Shown piece after piece: positions 14,629 to 26,840 of a stretch of DNA of 64,000 nt; the stretch's first letter is position 1, and each line of letters opens with the position of its first letter. Source of the stretch: Anthoceros angustus (Eukaryota; Plantae; Anthocerotophyta); the NCBI GenBank assembly GCA_010909165.1, contig MU008181.1, forward strand, positions 62,001 to 126,000, in the 5' to 3' direction. The position numbers and the translations under genes were made by a program. Under the pieces are notes generated by a model that was not told the origin of the DNA, did not search any database, and saw only the letters and a program-made list of their open reading frames with translations.

Positions 14629-15084
14629 TTAGAAGATGGAAAAGAAACTATCATCATCCATAACATCCAATCTATCCATGGGGATATCATCATCCAATCT
14701 ACTGTCATTGATCATTTGAATCATCTCATTGTAGATAGAAAGAAAAAAAAATAGATTGTCATCGAGATTCTCATGATCATGTGACCTAGATCTTGATTCT
14801 CGAAGACGTTCATCCAAGGGCAAACGTAGACTATCATCGAGATTTTCATGATAATGTGACCTAGAAATTGATCGTAGGAGATGTTCATCCAAGGGTCCTC
14901 TACAAAGAGGACAAGTATCTTTCCCATAGCTTACCCACTCATTGATACAACTTGTGTGAAACTTATGCTTGCATGACATTAATTGTGTAACATGAATATT
15001 TTTCATATTCAATAAACAAATACTACAATCTTCACCATCATCTTCATTTTTTTGGCAACGATCATGATCAGCCTCTTCAACCAT
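14629..15084 (-). CDS. Intronless RING-H2 E3-ligase-like protein (151 aa)
   Basis: CSICL...SCKHKFHTSCINEW...CPLC (C3H2C3); true ATG in AAAGATGG context; internal repeat PLDE...RSxSRSHxHENLDD twice. Confidence 0.75.
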   Translation of the reverse strand: MVEEADHDRCQKNEDDGEDCSICLLNMKNIHVTQLMSCKHKFHTSCINEWVSYGKDTCPLCRGPLDEHLLRSISRSHYHENLDDSLRLPLDERLRESRSRSHDHENLDDNLFFFLSIYNEMIQMINDSRLDDDIPMDRLDVMDDDSFFSIF

Positions 15085-15128
15085 CTTTTACACTTGATAT
15101 TGTGTAAAACTTGATGTTTCTGTATGTG

Positions 15129-15139
15129 CCTTATATAGG
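15129..15139 (-). promoter_or_regulatory. TATA box candidate (CCTATATAAGG on the minus strand) upstream of the RING-H2 ORF
   Basis: TATATAA about 47 nt upstream of the ATG. Confidence 0.45.
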
Positions 15140-15701
15140 CAAGAAATGTGAGTAATATATATTTTTAAGTAAAAACTACTTGCCGAGTTCAGAAACAATC
15201 CACAAGGATCACAAGCTCCGAGGTATCATGTAGTAATTTCTCTTTGCGTAAGACATAATAATTTTTGCCTTAATATCCCATGGTGTAAAATATAATAATT
15301 ACCCTCTTAGATATGAAATAATAAATAATTTTTATCCCAATGGAAAATCAGGCCTTATAAAAAAGTTTCAACAGAACTCAAATATCTTTGACTTACGCCT
15401 ATCTTAAATATGTATGACTTGGGTCTATTTATATTCATCAGAGACTACTTGTGGCTACATTTGGAAGGTATTCACCCTTGAAGCCAAAGTTAGGCTTAAT
15501 AATACATGTAGACATAGTAATTTCCATATTATGACTTAGATGCAACCACAAATAGATGCTATAAGTCTAAGTACTATCAATAGGATAGCTTTTTCCATAT
15601 TGATATTTCTTTATCATGCATGTATTAGTTCCTCTGGATGCCACCTATTTGGCCTTTCCGAATTGGGCTTTCTTTTAATCCCGCTTACGAGTGGACACAA
15701 A

Positions 15702-15753
15702 GGTAGCTTAGGCACATGGTGTGCCTAAGCTGCCTGGTACTTATTAAGTACCA
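15702..15753. repeat. Two abutting inverted repeats (15-bp stem with 3-nt loop; 9-bp stem with 1-nt loop)
   Basis: GGTAGCTTAGGCACA-TGG-TGTGCCTAAGCTGCC (1 mismatch) then TGGTACTTA-T-TAAGTACCA. Confidence 0.85.
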
Positions 15754-17678
15754 AATAAGCAAGACTTAAGTGGACTATAACAGATTTCTTCTTCTAGTCT
15801 TTAAAAGGTTTTACGGGATGATTATTGAATACCCAAGTTTTTTGGGTATTTTATTTTGGCCGAAGGTACGGATGGTGGTCTAGGTTTAAATTGAAAGTTT
15901 TTGTTTTGTTGGTGATTGTAGTAGGGTTTATTCTTTGCTACATCTTTGGATTTATTTTTTCTTTTTATGCCTTTGAAATCATTTTTTTGTTATATACTTA
16001 TTTGATCCGAAACAAGGAGGAAAGTATTTTCATCACAATGTTGTAAGTGGTCTTTCAATTAACGTTTGAGATTTCTAAGTGCTATATTGTATCTCGCAAT
16101 ATGTTATTTGTTAGAGGTATCATCTATCTGCAACACGAGTCCATCAATTGAGAGCACGTTCGTATTCAAGGGTATAAGTATTGCAAAATGAAGGGAAGAA
16201 CATTATGAAACGGTAGAAGATTATTGTGAATTATCAAAACTCAAGTCAAGGAATCAGCAATCTCAATCACGAAATGAGAGGGTTTGATTGAATGGTTTGA
16301 TAAGTCATGGTTCGCGAACACGTGAACATTCTCTTGTTATAACAAACTCAATGTCACATTTTAATGTGATACATTGATATTAGTATATATAATTAATAAT
16401 ATATTTATTTGTAAATTTACTCTTGGAATGAAAATAATACTATATCAAAAATATTTACATTAATAATTTTGAGTTATTATATTTATCATAATGTTTAATG
16501 TGGATTGGTTTCTTGTGTGGTTTAAATGTAACGGCCTGTCACCGGAGTGGGAGGATGGCTTGGTTCGCTGCATCAAGTGTCCACCAGAGCATATTAGTGA
16601 TCCGATTTATCAACGTTCGTACGCCTTAAGGAGTGTGTTTTGTGGCTTGTGCTGCTCACGTGTGATTATCTCACAGAGTTTGACTCATGCCTCGGTGTGC
16701 AAGGAATTCTGCTAGGGGGTCGCTGTTGCCTCTTTCGTGCTAGTTTGCATTTTCTTCGCTACAGGCCAAACAGAGTTGTTTTGCGCGTAGCGCGGTTTCC
16801 CGTCATCGTGCCGCCATTGCGAGGATGATGAAGTCAGGAATTCTGGACTGAGGTTCGCCGAATCGTGCCGTAATCTGCTTCTTCTGGAGTGTGATGGCTT
16901 CTCAAGGTGGCGTCTCCTGCCATTGCTTTCATGGCTGTCCTGTGGAGCTTATTACGTTTCGGTTGTGGAAAGTATTTCGTGCTTGTCTGTGTCGAGTCAG
17001 ACACTGGCGACGTTATGTCTCTTCCAATGTATGTGGACGATATGTGTTTTCCAATGCTATGAGGATCATTCTGAGGTCACAACGGTAGCATGCACGCGAG
17101 GGCCGCAAGATTCTTTGTGCCTGCAAAACCGAATGCTGGTATCTGGAGTTCAAATGGTCAATCGCTGGTTGGTGCAGTGTGGAACATTCCCAGATCCTCA
17201 GAGGGCCTTGAACAACTAGGATCCTACGGCCACAGCCTCCAGCTGAGCACGAGAGAAGGCCTCACTGGCCCCACAGGTTGGCGTCGAGAATTAATATGAC
17301 TTGGCGGATTCTTATTTTTAGTGATTATTGTATACGTACTCTTCTTCAGCCAATCACTATTTGTACAGACTATGTAATTCCATGAGAAGGCAGAACCGAA
17401 AGCCCCGTCAAGTTTCCTCAAGCAGGAAGCCCAAGAAAAGGGACAGGTTGAGGATCTGAGGGAACGGGAAGGAGAGGAATGAAGAGGTATCGGAAGAAGA
17501 AGAAGTATATTACAAGACCACTTCCATGGGATTTCCCTCTTATGGTCTTAACAAGTACACTTGGTACTTAATAATTTTTACCATGGTGTGCCTGAGCTAC
17601 TAGCACCAAGGGCACCACTCCCTTTAGGCCCACATCTAAGTACCGTGTGCTTAACAGCCACGTTCTTATACATTTGGG

Positions 17679-17827
17679 TTCATTTGGCCTAAGCCATTTG
17701 CGAACTATAAGAACGTGTGTTCATTTGGCCCAAGCCATTTGGGAACTGTAAGAACGTGTGTTCATTTGGCCCAAGCCATTTGGGAACTGTAAGAACGTGT
17801 GTTCATTTGGCCTAAGCCATTTGGGAA
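17679..17827. repeat. 41-bp minisatellite, about 3.6 copies
   Basis: TTCATTTGGCCYAAGCCATTTG... starts at 17679, 17720, 17761, 17802. Confidence 0.9.
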
Positions 17828-18167
17828 TGGCCAAGAGAATGCGCCTAGCTCCTGCAAGGGAGCCAGCACCTGCACGGGCTTTCAGAAGGCAAGCTAACTT
17901 GACATGGTCAGCTACAATGAGGCATGCCTGCTCCATTCGTACATACAGAGCAAGCTCCTCTTGGCCGAGCCCTGATTCGCATACCCAGAGCACCCCCTGG
18001 TCAATCATTGTCTGGCATGGAAGGAGCAGCACATAGCGGGGATTGTCCTGACAGATACGACATAGTATTTGGTCTCGAGCTGCAACTTTAAGACAAGCTC
18101 TCCCAGCGGTTGCTGCAGCCTCAATGCTCTGTTTCTGAGCTTCTAGTTTCTTCACCTCCTCCTTCAA
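17721..18167 (-). pseudogene. Coiled-coil plus truncated RING-HC (BOI/IAP-like) fragment
   Basis: KEEVKKLEAQKQ... then CRICQDNPRYVLLLPC; the second half of the RING is missing and the ORF runs into the minisatellite. Confidence 0.35.
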
Positions 18168-18434
18168 GGTTCGGCATCGTATATAATAATGAACGAATTT
18201 GGAGTGCGGCCATCGGGCCTCCTAAGTCACATGCTGGTTTCGCAAGTAAGAAGGTAACCACAAAAACAAGTTCATCCTCCCGTGCCTGCTTCAAGATCTG
18301 CACGTCAAGGCGACGGCGTGTCCGATTGGGGTTCACGTACACATAAGTGGAAAGTAGTTAGTCTAGTGCTCGACAATGACCTGCAATGCGCGACAATTTT
18401 TGCCAAAGAAAATGGTGGGGGATGATGAATGTCA

Positions 18435-18570
18435 AGATCCTGAATGTTCCTACAAATGAAGGGGCACATGGTCCATGTCCAGATCCTGAATGTTCCTACA
18501 AAAGAAGGAGCACATGGTCCATGTACAGATCCTGAATGTTCCTACAAATGAAGGAGCACATGGTCCATGT
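18435..18570. repeat. 46-bp tandem repeat, 3 copies, overlapping the PPR ORF stop
   Basis: AGATCCTGAATGTTCCTACAAA... starts at 18435, 18481, 18527. Confidence 0.9.
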
Positions 18571-21000
18571 GCCTCACCCTTGTTTTGATCACATCCTTTT
18601 GGATGCATCGCCTCGGATCTGTAAAATGGGCGCTATCTCTACAAGAGGATGCTGTTGCAACTCTCCTGCTACTTCTACGTCTACAGTCGGCTGTTTCGGA
18701 GGTCACTGGCCTGGAGGGAAGGATCTTCCCACAAGCATCCTGATAGATGCGCAAGGTAACCTTAGAGGCTCTTCCTTCACGATGTGACCGTGAAAAAGAA
18801 GCACGAACTAAGCGGCTGAAGGCAATATTCAGCCTCGGGATTCCGGCTGTTCCACATGCTTGCAAGCAAGCGGACGGGAATCTGGTGCTCCATGAGACGG
18901 ACGCTGCCACAGAAGTCCTGCCGTGCTGGGAGAGGGAAGGTGCTGAGAACGCCATGCCCGAAGTAGCCGAAGTGGGTTGCTCTCCTGAGAAGGGGGCTGC
19001 AGCTGGTCTGCTTGGCAAATCTGTGTACGCAGCTTGCCGCGCTGGGATGATGGAACCAAGGCCGTCTAGTGACAGAGACTGCCCCCACTCGCCTTGGGGA
19101 GTGGCCAAGTCCTCTACCCGTTCCTGATCCTGTGGAGTTACAGCAGCCTTTTGCACACCCGGCCTGGAGGGAGTGGCTATGCTTTCCAACACCCTGTCAG
19201 CATCTGAATATGCCCCGACCTTGTTCCATGCATCTGCAACCAGCCGGAAGCACTTGACGTCAGGCAGCAGGCCGCCCTTCCGCACCAGGTCTAGGACGGC
19301 CTCTGCCCTGTGCGGCTGCCGTGCTTCGTTGAAGCCCCATATGAGGGTGTGGTAGGTGGTGAGGTTAGGAGCAACTCCTGCCTCTTTCATGTCCTGGAAA
19401 ACACGCATTGCTGCTTCCATGTTGGGCACACTGCACCAGCCAGAGATCACCGTCGTGTAGCTGACAACATTCGGCCTCAGCCCTTCTGTAGCCATCTCCT
19501 GAAGCAGGCGTTCTGCCTCTGCAGGCCTCCCAAACCGGACATAGCCCTTGGCAAGGGTGGCGTAGGCTATCACATCCGGTGCCAGGCCATACTCCTTCAT
19601 CTTCCGGAGAATGGGCCTCGCCTCATCCACAAGCCCTGCTGTGCACCAGGTGTTCATTATCACACCGAACGAGATCACATCCGGTTGCACGCCGTGAGCC
19701 TTCAGCACCCGAAACATCTGCACATCATGGCCAGCCAAGGTGACATGAGGTCACATTCACACAACTTCTGACAGCAGCTTCTGCAGACGCATTCAAGCCT
19801 CACCTTGTCCACAGCAGCAGGCTGCAGCAGCTCGGCGTAGGCCTTGATGAGAAGGTTGAAGATGGGCAGATTCGGGGCCACCCCCTGCACCTTCATGGTC
19901 TCCAGCACGCCCACCGCCCTATCCAGCATTTTGGCCTGGCAGAAGCTGGTGATCACCATGGAGTACGTCCTCTCATTAGGACGCACATACGCATTCAGCA
20001 TCTCCTTGATGATCCTCTCTGCATCAAACGGCCTGCCAAGTTCCCCATACAGCTTGGCCAAGGTGTTGTACGACACCACATCCGGGTTCAGCCCGGCTGC
20101 CTTCATCATCCTCATCACCTTCCTGGCCTCCCCCACTTTCTTCTTCCTGCACCACACGTTGATGAGCATGTTGTAGGTCCTGAGGTTGGGCTTGGCTGTC
20201 TCGCTGGCGGTCATCTCCTGCAACAGCTCCATGGCCCGCTCAGGCTGCCTCATGAGCCCCCACCCTTTGATGAGCGTGTTGTACGTGCTGGTGAGCGGGG
20301 TGCAGCCTTTGGCCTTCATCACCTCCAGCACCCGCATTGCCTCATCCATCCTCTCCGTGCTGACCCAGGCATTTATGAGGTGGTTGTAGGTGATGCCATC
20401 CGGAATCACCCCGTTCTCCTCCATCTCATCCAGCAAGGCCTCCGCCTCGTAGTACCGCCCATCACCCGCCAGGGCGCTCATGTACACCGTGTAGCATTCC
20501 AAGGAAGGCTTGTGCCCGTCCGCCATGAGCCCGTCGTACACCGCCTGCAGCTCCTGGAAATCGCGCTTGTCCCGATACTGGATCATCATCTGCGTCCTCT
20601 CCATCACAACGTAGCATTTCTCGCTCTCTGCAGCCGAGCATTTGTCGCAGGCTCTCCCCTCGGGGCACTTCCATCGGTAGTGGTACTTGCTGCCACAGAA
20701 GGTGCATCTCCTCTGCCATTGCCAGCCCACGAACACACATCAAACGCCCTCTCATTCATTCACAACTCTCTCAGCCTGAGAGCATCTTACAAACATCAGG
20801 CTCACCTGCTGCTCGGACCCGACCCACACAAATTTCTGCCTCAAGGCTGACGGGGATAGCAATTTGTCCGACTGCCCTTCCACCGGCACGCTTGCATTCT
20901 GGGGAATGCGGTCCTTTGCATCGGAGCTTCCCCTGCTGGGTGCGCTATCGATCTTGTCACCGTCTGCAGCAGCTTCTGCTGGGAATCCTTGATCGAGCAT
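18542..21000 (-). CDS. P-class pentatricopeptide repeat protein (At5g25630/At5g21222-like) with N-terminal CCHC knuckle
   Basis: ATG 21000; introns 20805-20713 and 19803-19718 keep frame; more than 10 tandem 35-aa PPR motifs (TYNTLIKGWG, TYNMLINVWC, SYTTVISGWC); exact 3' end less certain. Confidence 0.9.
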
Positions 21001-21385
21001 TGCTTCAGAACGCGTGCAGAGGCTCGCCTGCTCAAACTACGTCATCGCTGCTGACAATTTTTGCCTCTCTGCAGAATCTGGAAAGCAAGAGGAGGATAGG
21101 GAAGTGCCAGGATTCTAGCACAAGAGCTGAATCTGTGGCTCCAACATGTTATCAATTCTACAAAGTTTTACAATTAGCCGCTAAGACACGAGCATTGCTC
21201 GGCAGCCAGAGATTCTCTGCTGACGGTGGCACCAAGCACAGGCAGCCACGTCGCACAGTCCTATCTATGTGGACCTCCCGTCGGAGATGTGCCTGACCCC
21301 GTTATTATCTGAACTACCTTCATCCGGCAGGAGGATAATCTTGTGATGGCAGCGGCCCAGCCAGGTTTGTATACAAAGAGCAGCT

Positions 21386-23520
21386 CTACGCAGCCGGCCT
21401 CTCTCTCATTGCATAGTTGAAGGCTTGCAGGAGCTTGTATATCCATCTATCCAGCATTCCTGCAAGCGTGACGAAGTAGGTAGCCCGTGAGCTTGATACG
21501 CAAGAAATCATCAACTGTCCTGAAGTGGTGGGGGAAGAAATCCGCTGGCGTTACCTGTTAGTGCGAACGTTCCACCAAGGACGGCACAGAGCCTGGTCAC
21601 GAAATGGCCGAAGTTACGGCGCCTTTCGGTGATGGTGACAGTGATGGGAGAGAAATCATACACAAAGTAGACCGCTGCGTCCAGACAGCCACAAGCACAG
21701 ACGTCAACATAATGAGGGATAATCTTCACCAACATGAGGTGAGTTTTGCATGCTCATTCTCTCGAACGCGAGCGGCTCACCTGGCCAGGTGTTGCGATCC
21801 TTGCGTGTGATTGGAGAGTCGTACTCTGTGACTGAAAACTGGTTTGTAGGGATCACCCTTCCATCTAAGTGCCTGTACTCTGTGGGAACAATCTGTCAAC
21901 ACACAAGAAACACATTTTGGGTTCATACGTTATGAATGGGTGCCACCCATAATGAGCAGATCTGCAACTGTAAGCAGACAGCACAGAGACCTGGTCCACG
22001 GTCACCACTAAGAACTCGCCTAGATCCTACCTTCATGAAGTACTTGAAAGTTTCACTTCCGTCACGAATAATCCTTGTGGCTCCGTCCAAAGGATTCTTC
22101 ATGCCAGGGTATTTTGGCCCCAATCCCAGATGGTGAATTATGTGGCTCACATTAACTTGGTGTGGCTCAAACAACTGCTTCATGCCATTGCCAACATGGA
22201 ATGCACTGGTTACGATCATAATCGATTGAACAGCAATTCCTGGAACAAAAAAGCATCTAAAGTGGTGGGAAAGAACCTGCGTGGCAAGATACACGCTCAG
22301 CCCGTGCATAGATACATGAAAATTTCCAGCTACTCTCTCGACATCAAGGGTCCCATAAACCTGAGCATTACACAGGCCAATCAGTTCACAACTATTCAAG
22401 AAAAAATATGAAAGAAGGGAACACAATTTTATGAGCCATACCCGGCACCCTTCTTCGTCCTTTAGAGCTCGCCTGATGTCGTTCAGCGTCTTCTCAGGAT
22501 TGAGAATTTGATGTACATCATCCTGAGCATGATCAGGATCTGGTACACATGTGTAAGAAAGTTTTCAACCTGTTAACTATGGACTTATGAGAGCACAAAA
22601 CATGAACTTCAGTTTCTTCCCGAGAGTATAACTGTATCGGGTACACTCCATTCCTCTTACCATCAGCCTTATGCTTTGCTTCAAGGTCTGACAAGTACTC
22701 TGAACCAAGTACATAACCATCCTTATGTACGCGAAGCTGCCATCTCAGAAAAAAGGCGAACTGTGAGAACAGTTCCTCTCGAAACAGCACAGAAAAGAGA
22801 CCTGCAGTATTCAGGGACACCTGAAACCAAGTACTCTGCTCTAAAATTGATGGCACAGATGCTGGCAGATTCAATCAGTAACCAGTGGGTAGAAGACAAG
22901 GCTACCTTCCAGATATTCGTCCGCAGATCCACTTCATGCTTCCCTGACATGTCCATTGCATCTAGGCCCAATACTAATCCAAACACCAGTTCAAACGGCA
23001 ACCATCAGGGCAATGCAGAAGAAGTGACCACAGTCAACTGTCTGAGAAACTTAGCAACGCACCGTTACAAGGGAGGGAAGGAAAAGTGATGTTGACAAGT
23101 ATTGGAAGCTTCTCCCCTCGCTTCACATCCACAGCCATCTATTTGCACCCGCTTGATTAGATTCTGGAGCTACTTTCAAACCATATTAGACCCAAAGTCA
23201 CACTCTCGAACTGCAGGGGTGTACCTCATGAGTAATTTCCACCTCCAAAAAATATCTAAGCTCGTGCAAAAGCAAAACTAGAATCGTTACCGCTCCTATT
23301 GTGGAAACTGCATCAACCAGACGACAATTTCAGCACTGAACCCTAACCCCTTCCCAAATTGCCTCAGACGACCGACAGACAGCAGACATTCCACCCCTGC
23401 AATGGCCAAAACTCCACCACCAACGTTACCAACTGCTCCCAATGAAGTCTTCTGCGTGAGATGTTCCTCAGCCCGAGGGAAAGCATCCAGCCGTTTGATA
23501 TGTTGCAGTTTGAGCCCCAT
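21386..23520 (-). CDS. ER-Golgi intermediate compartment protein, ERGIC2/Erv41-like (At3g22290 type), multi-exon
   Basis: MGLKLQHIKRLDAFPRAEEHLTQKT; DAMDMSGKHEVDL; YGTLDVERVAGNFHVS; NVSHIIHHLGLGPKYPGMKNPLD; AVYFVYDFSPITV; RLCAVLGGTFALTGMLDRW; TAG at 21388-21386. Confidence 0.92.
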
Positions 23521-24248
23521 CTTGTGACCTGAATTCCCGAACTCCAAACACACATCACACCCCAAAACCAAGCTCCCGCAGCACACCTATTTGGCCAACA
23601 TCAGAGTCCGGGCCACCCACGTGACACGCATTTGGTAACGAAGAGATCGCTTCCCGGTTCGGTGCGAGAACTTCACGTGTTGTTGTTAGAGACGTCTCAA
23701 CACACGATTCCACTAAAGATCACCCTTTACAGGAAGAGTCCTCAGCATATATAGACTACCTCTGCCTAATAAATGCGAGAACGGCCGAGGAGCACATTTC
23801 CTATCAAATGCCTTGCCGAGAACTCGAGTCTTGTCGACACAGTCCGGCTCGGAAGGTCGACTATATATGCATGAAGGACGAGATTAGGTAGAGATGAAAG
23901 GTCAGCTTAGATTCCTCTTGCTTTTTTTGTTTTATCGCTCTCGCCGCCAGACGCACAGCATTTCTAGCAATTCTTCGCCGCTTTGACGCTAGTGGCCCTG
24001 TGCGTAGAAATCGTGGGTGTTTCTGGGTGGGATCTGTGACGAAATGGGCCGCCGCCGGTAGATTAGGAGGTACGGAATGTGACCAGGTGGTGGAGTCCCT
24101 GAGCTGGTTGCTGTAAGGGATAGCATGTTGTCTTGATGATTAGCGAACTGTGTGGAGCAGATATTGAAGTACTCCGGTAGTTGGGAGCTGCTTGCGTGGA
24201 GTTTAGTTAGTGAGGAAGATTGCCGGGGATTCTGCACAGGGAGGCACC

Positions 24249-26840
24249 ATGCAGATCCTCAATAAATTCAGGCAGCTTGATGCCTACCCTAAGATCAATG
24301 AAGATTTCTACAGCCGGACGCTTGCCGGAGGTGTCATCACGATCGTTACTTCGATTGCTATCATCATCCTCTTCTTCTCCGAACTTAGTGAGTGCTCCTC
24401 TGTTGCTGCATGCTGCTTGGCACACAGTGGAAAATTCGGCATTGTTTTGGGTGGTTGAGTGAGTTTCTGCTGGTTAGTTTGTTTGGGTTGGGTTGTATGG
24501 TGGTCAGCCGGCGGATTCGGCAGTCACATGCTCCGCCACGCTGCGAGGCATCGGGCCATGGCTTGGATTGGGAAAAGGAGGGAGTGTTGATGTCTGACGT
24601 GATGTGATATGGTCATCTTCGCAGACCTGTATTTACAACCACGAATCCTCAATCAGCTTGTTGTGGACACTTCGAGGGGAGAGACTCTTCAGATTAAAGT
24701 GAGTGGGGCTTTTGCCGGCTTAATTTTTTCCGTCGAGGGGAGAGACTGTGAATTGTTCGTGGTCTGTCTTTTGCTTTCTAACCACGTTAACCTCTACTTC
24801 GTGTCTTACTTGCAGTTAGATATCACCTTTCCTTCCTTAGCTTGTTCCGTTATCAGCCTTGATGCTATGGACATCAGTGGCGAGCAGCACCTTGATGTGG
24901 TATGACGTTAGTGTTGAAACTACCTTCTAGGTTAAAGATCCTTTATGTCAAATGATTATCCAACCGTCAACACGCAGACAATATGGTTTCTCTTGCATTT
25001 GTGTAGACTCAGTTTTGTGCCTTTGTGCAGAAACATAACATCTTCAAAAAGCGACTGAAGGAAGGGGCTGTGGTAGAAGTGAAGCCCGATGTTGTCAATG
25101 TGCCAAAGGTAGGCACAGCATGAGCTCCGGTTTCTGCATAAATAGGTTTCGGACCTCCACAGATTCTTCTTGTGACCTTGTATCTTGCGTTTCTGCAGCT
25201 TGAGAAGCCCCTGCAAAGACATGGAGGGAGGTTGGAGCACAATGAAACTTATTGTGGTTCTTGCTTTGGTGCTGAAACGGTAATCCTCCCTGACTTGGAA
25301 AAGTGAAGATTGTGAGCCTCTCCTTCTGATATCAGGGGCGAGAAGTATAAGCTGGTAGATAACATTGCCGATGGGCAGGTGAGTGGAACTCTGTCATGGT
25401 TAACTGTTTGCTATGTGCTGCTGGTTCAGAGTGACGATCAGTGCTGCAACAGTTGTGAAGAAGTGCGAGAGGCATACCGGGACAAAGGCTGGGCATTGAC
25501 TAATGTTGAACTGATTGATCAGGTGACATTGAAGCTTCAATGAGAACATCTTGTTTCTATCTGTCTCTAACCTCTTTAATCTCACGCAGTTGTTGCAACT
25601 TTTTGCAGTGCAAGCGAGAGGGGTTTCTTGAGAGAATAAAGGAGGAGGAAGGGGAAGGGTGCCAACTGTATGGATCGCTGGAGGTTAACAAAGTGGCAGG
25701 AAACTTCCATTTCGCTCCTGGGAAAAGTTTCCAGCATTCAAACATTCATGTGCATGATATCCAGACCTTCGGCAAGGACTCATTCAATGTAGGTCCTTAT
25801 CCAAACTTTCTCTGAAGCCCATTGAATTTCAGAGCAGGGGATCCGTGCTGTAATTTGACGGGGTTCTCACCGGCCTTATCCTTTCCTGTGTGCAGCTATC
25901 TCATCACATCAACGAGCTGACTTTTGGTGCTCATTTTCCCGGAATATCGAATCCCTTGGATCGGTGAGTATGTGCTGAATAGCTGCTCAGTTTATGCTTG
26001 GTCCACTTTCTTCGATGTCAATTGCTTGCAGAGAAGGATTCTGGTCCTGATTCAATCAGACACCTATTACTTCTATAATGGCTGGTTTGTTCCTTACAGG
26101 GTAGGACAAACACAAGAAACGCCAGCAGTCATGTATCAATACTTTCTTAAGGTAAACATCCCACCATCTGGTTTACTTTCTTTTATAGCAATTTGCCAAA
26201 AAAAAGACTTTCTGTGGCAACTGCGAATTGGGTCTCAGCGTTAACGCAAACGGGGGTCCTTACCAGGTGGTACCAACCTCCTACACGGACGTCCGCGGCT
26301 TCAAGATTTCCTCAAATCAGGTAAGCCTTGCAGCGGCAGACTCGCCATATCAAAATGGCAGACGAAGCCGAATGCCAAGGTCCTGTCTCACCCTTTGTCC
26401 ACTGTGATGGCAGTACTCCGTGACAGAGTACGCCAAGACGGTTGTCCCTGGGCAAAGGGGTGCCCTGCCTGGAGTTTTCTTCTTCTACGACTTGTCGCCT
26501 ATAAAGGTATACCTCTTATCATCCTTGGCCTGGGTCCACGTAGAATCGTCCAGGGAATAGTTGTGCACACCGTGACCCTGCCTGTTCTGCAGGTTGAGTT
26601 CATGGAAACGAGGACATCCTTCCTTCATTTTTTAACCAATGTCTGTGCTATTGTCGGAGGTACGCTTGATTCTTGCTCATTTTTCTCTCCTGCATAGTAC
26701 ATTTGGATGTCTGAGCAGGTAGTTCACCCCTGTACTCCAACCGTGCAGGAGTCTTCACCGTGGCCGGCATTATCGACGCTCTCGTCTACCATGGGCAGAA
26801 AGCCATCAAGAAGAAAATCGAAATCGGCAAACTCAGCTGA
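24249..26840 (+). CDS. ERGIC3: ER-Golgi intermediate compartment protein 3 (Erv46-like), multi-exon
   Basis: MQILNKFRQLDAYPKINEDFYSRT; DAMDISGEQHLDV; YCGSCFGAE; CCNSCEEVREAYRDKGW; EGCQLYGSLEVNKVAGNFHFAPGKSF; FLHFLTNVCAIVGG; ends KKKIEIGKLS* at 26840. Confidence 0.95.

Noticed and set aside
15702-15800. Hairpins as a Helitron 3' end
   Set aside because: The nearest CTAG is about 40 nt away rather than about 10-12 nt, and no Rep/helicase sequence is present
14060-18570. Short repeat arrays (14060, 17679, 18435; also 34753, 45026) as CRISPR arrays
   Set aside because: Units are contiguous without unique spacers, there are no cas genes, and the context is eukaryotic
23581-23630. ERSE/UPRE in the ERGIC shared promoter
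   Set aside because: CCAAC and the spacing do not fit CCAAT-N9/10-CCACG; only a generic G-box is present
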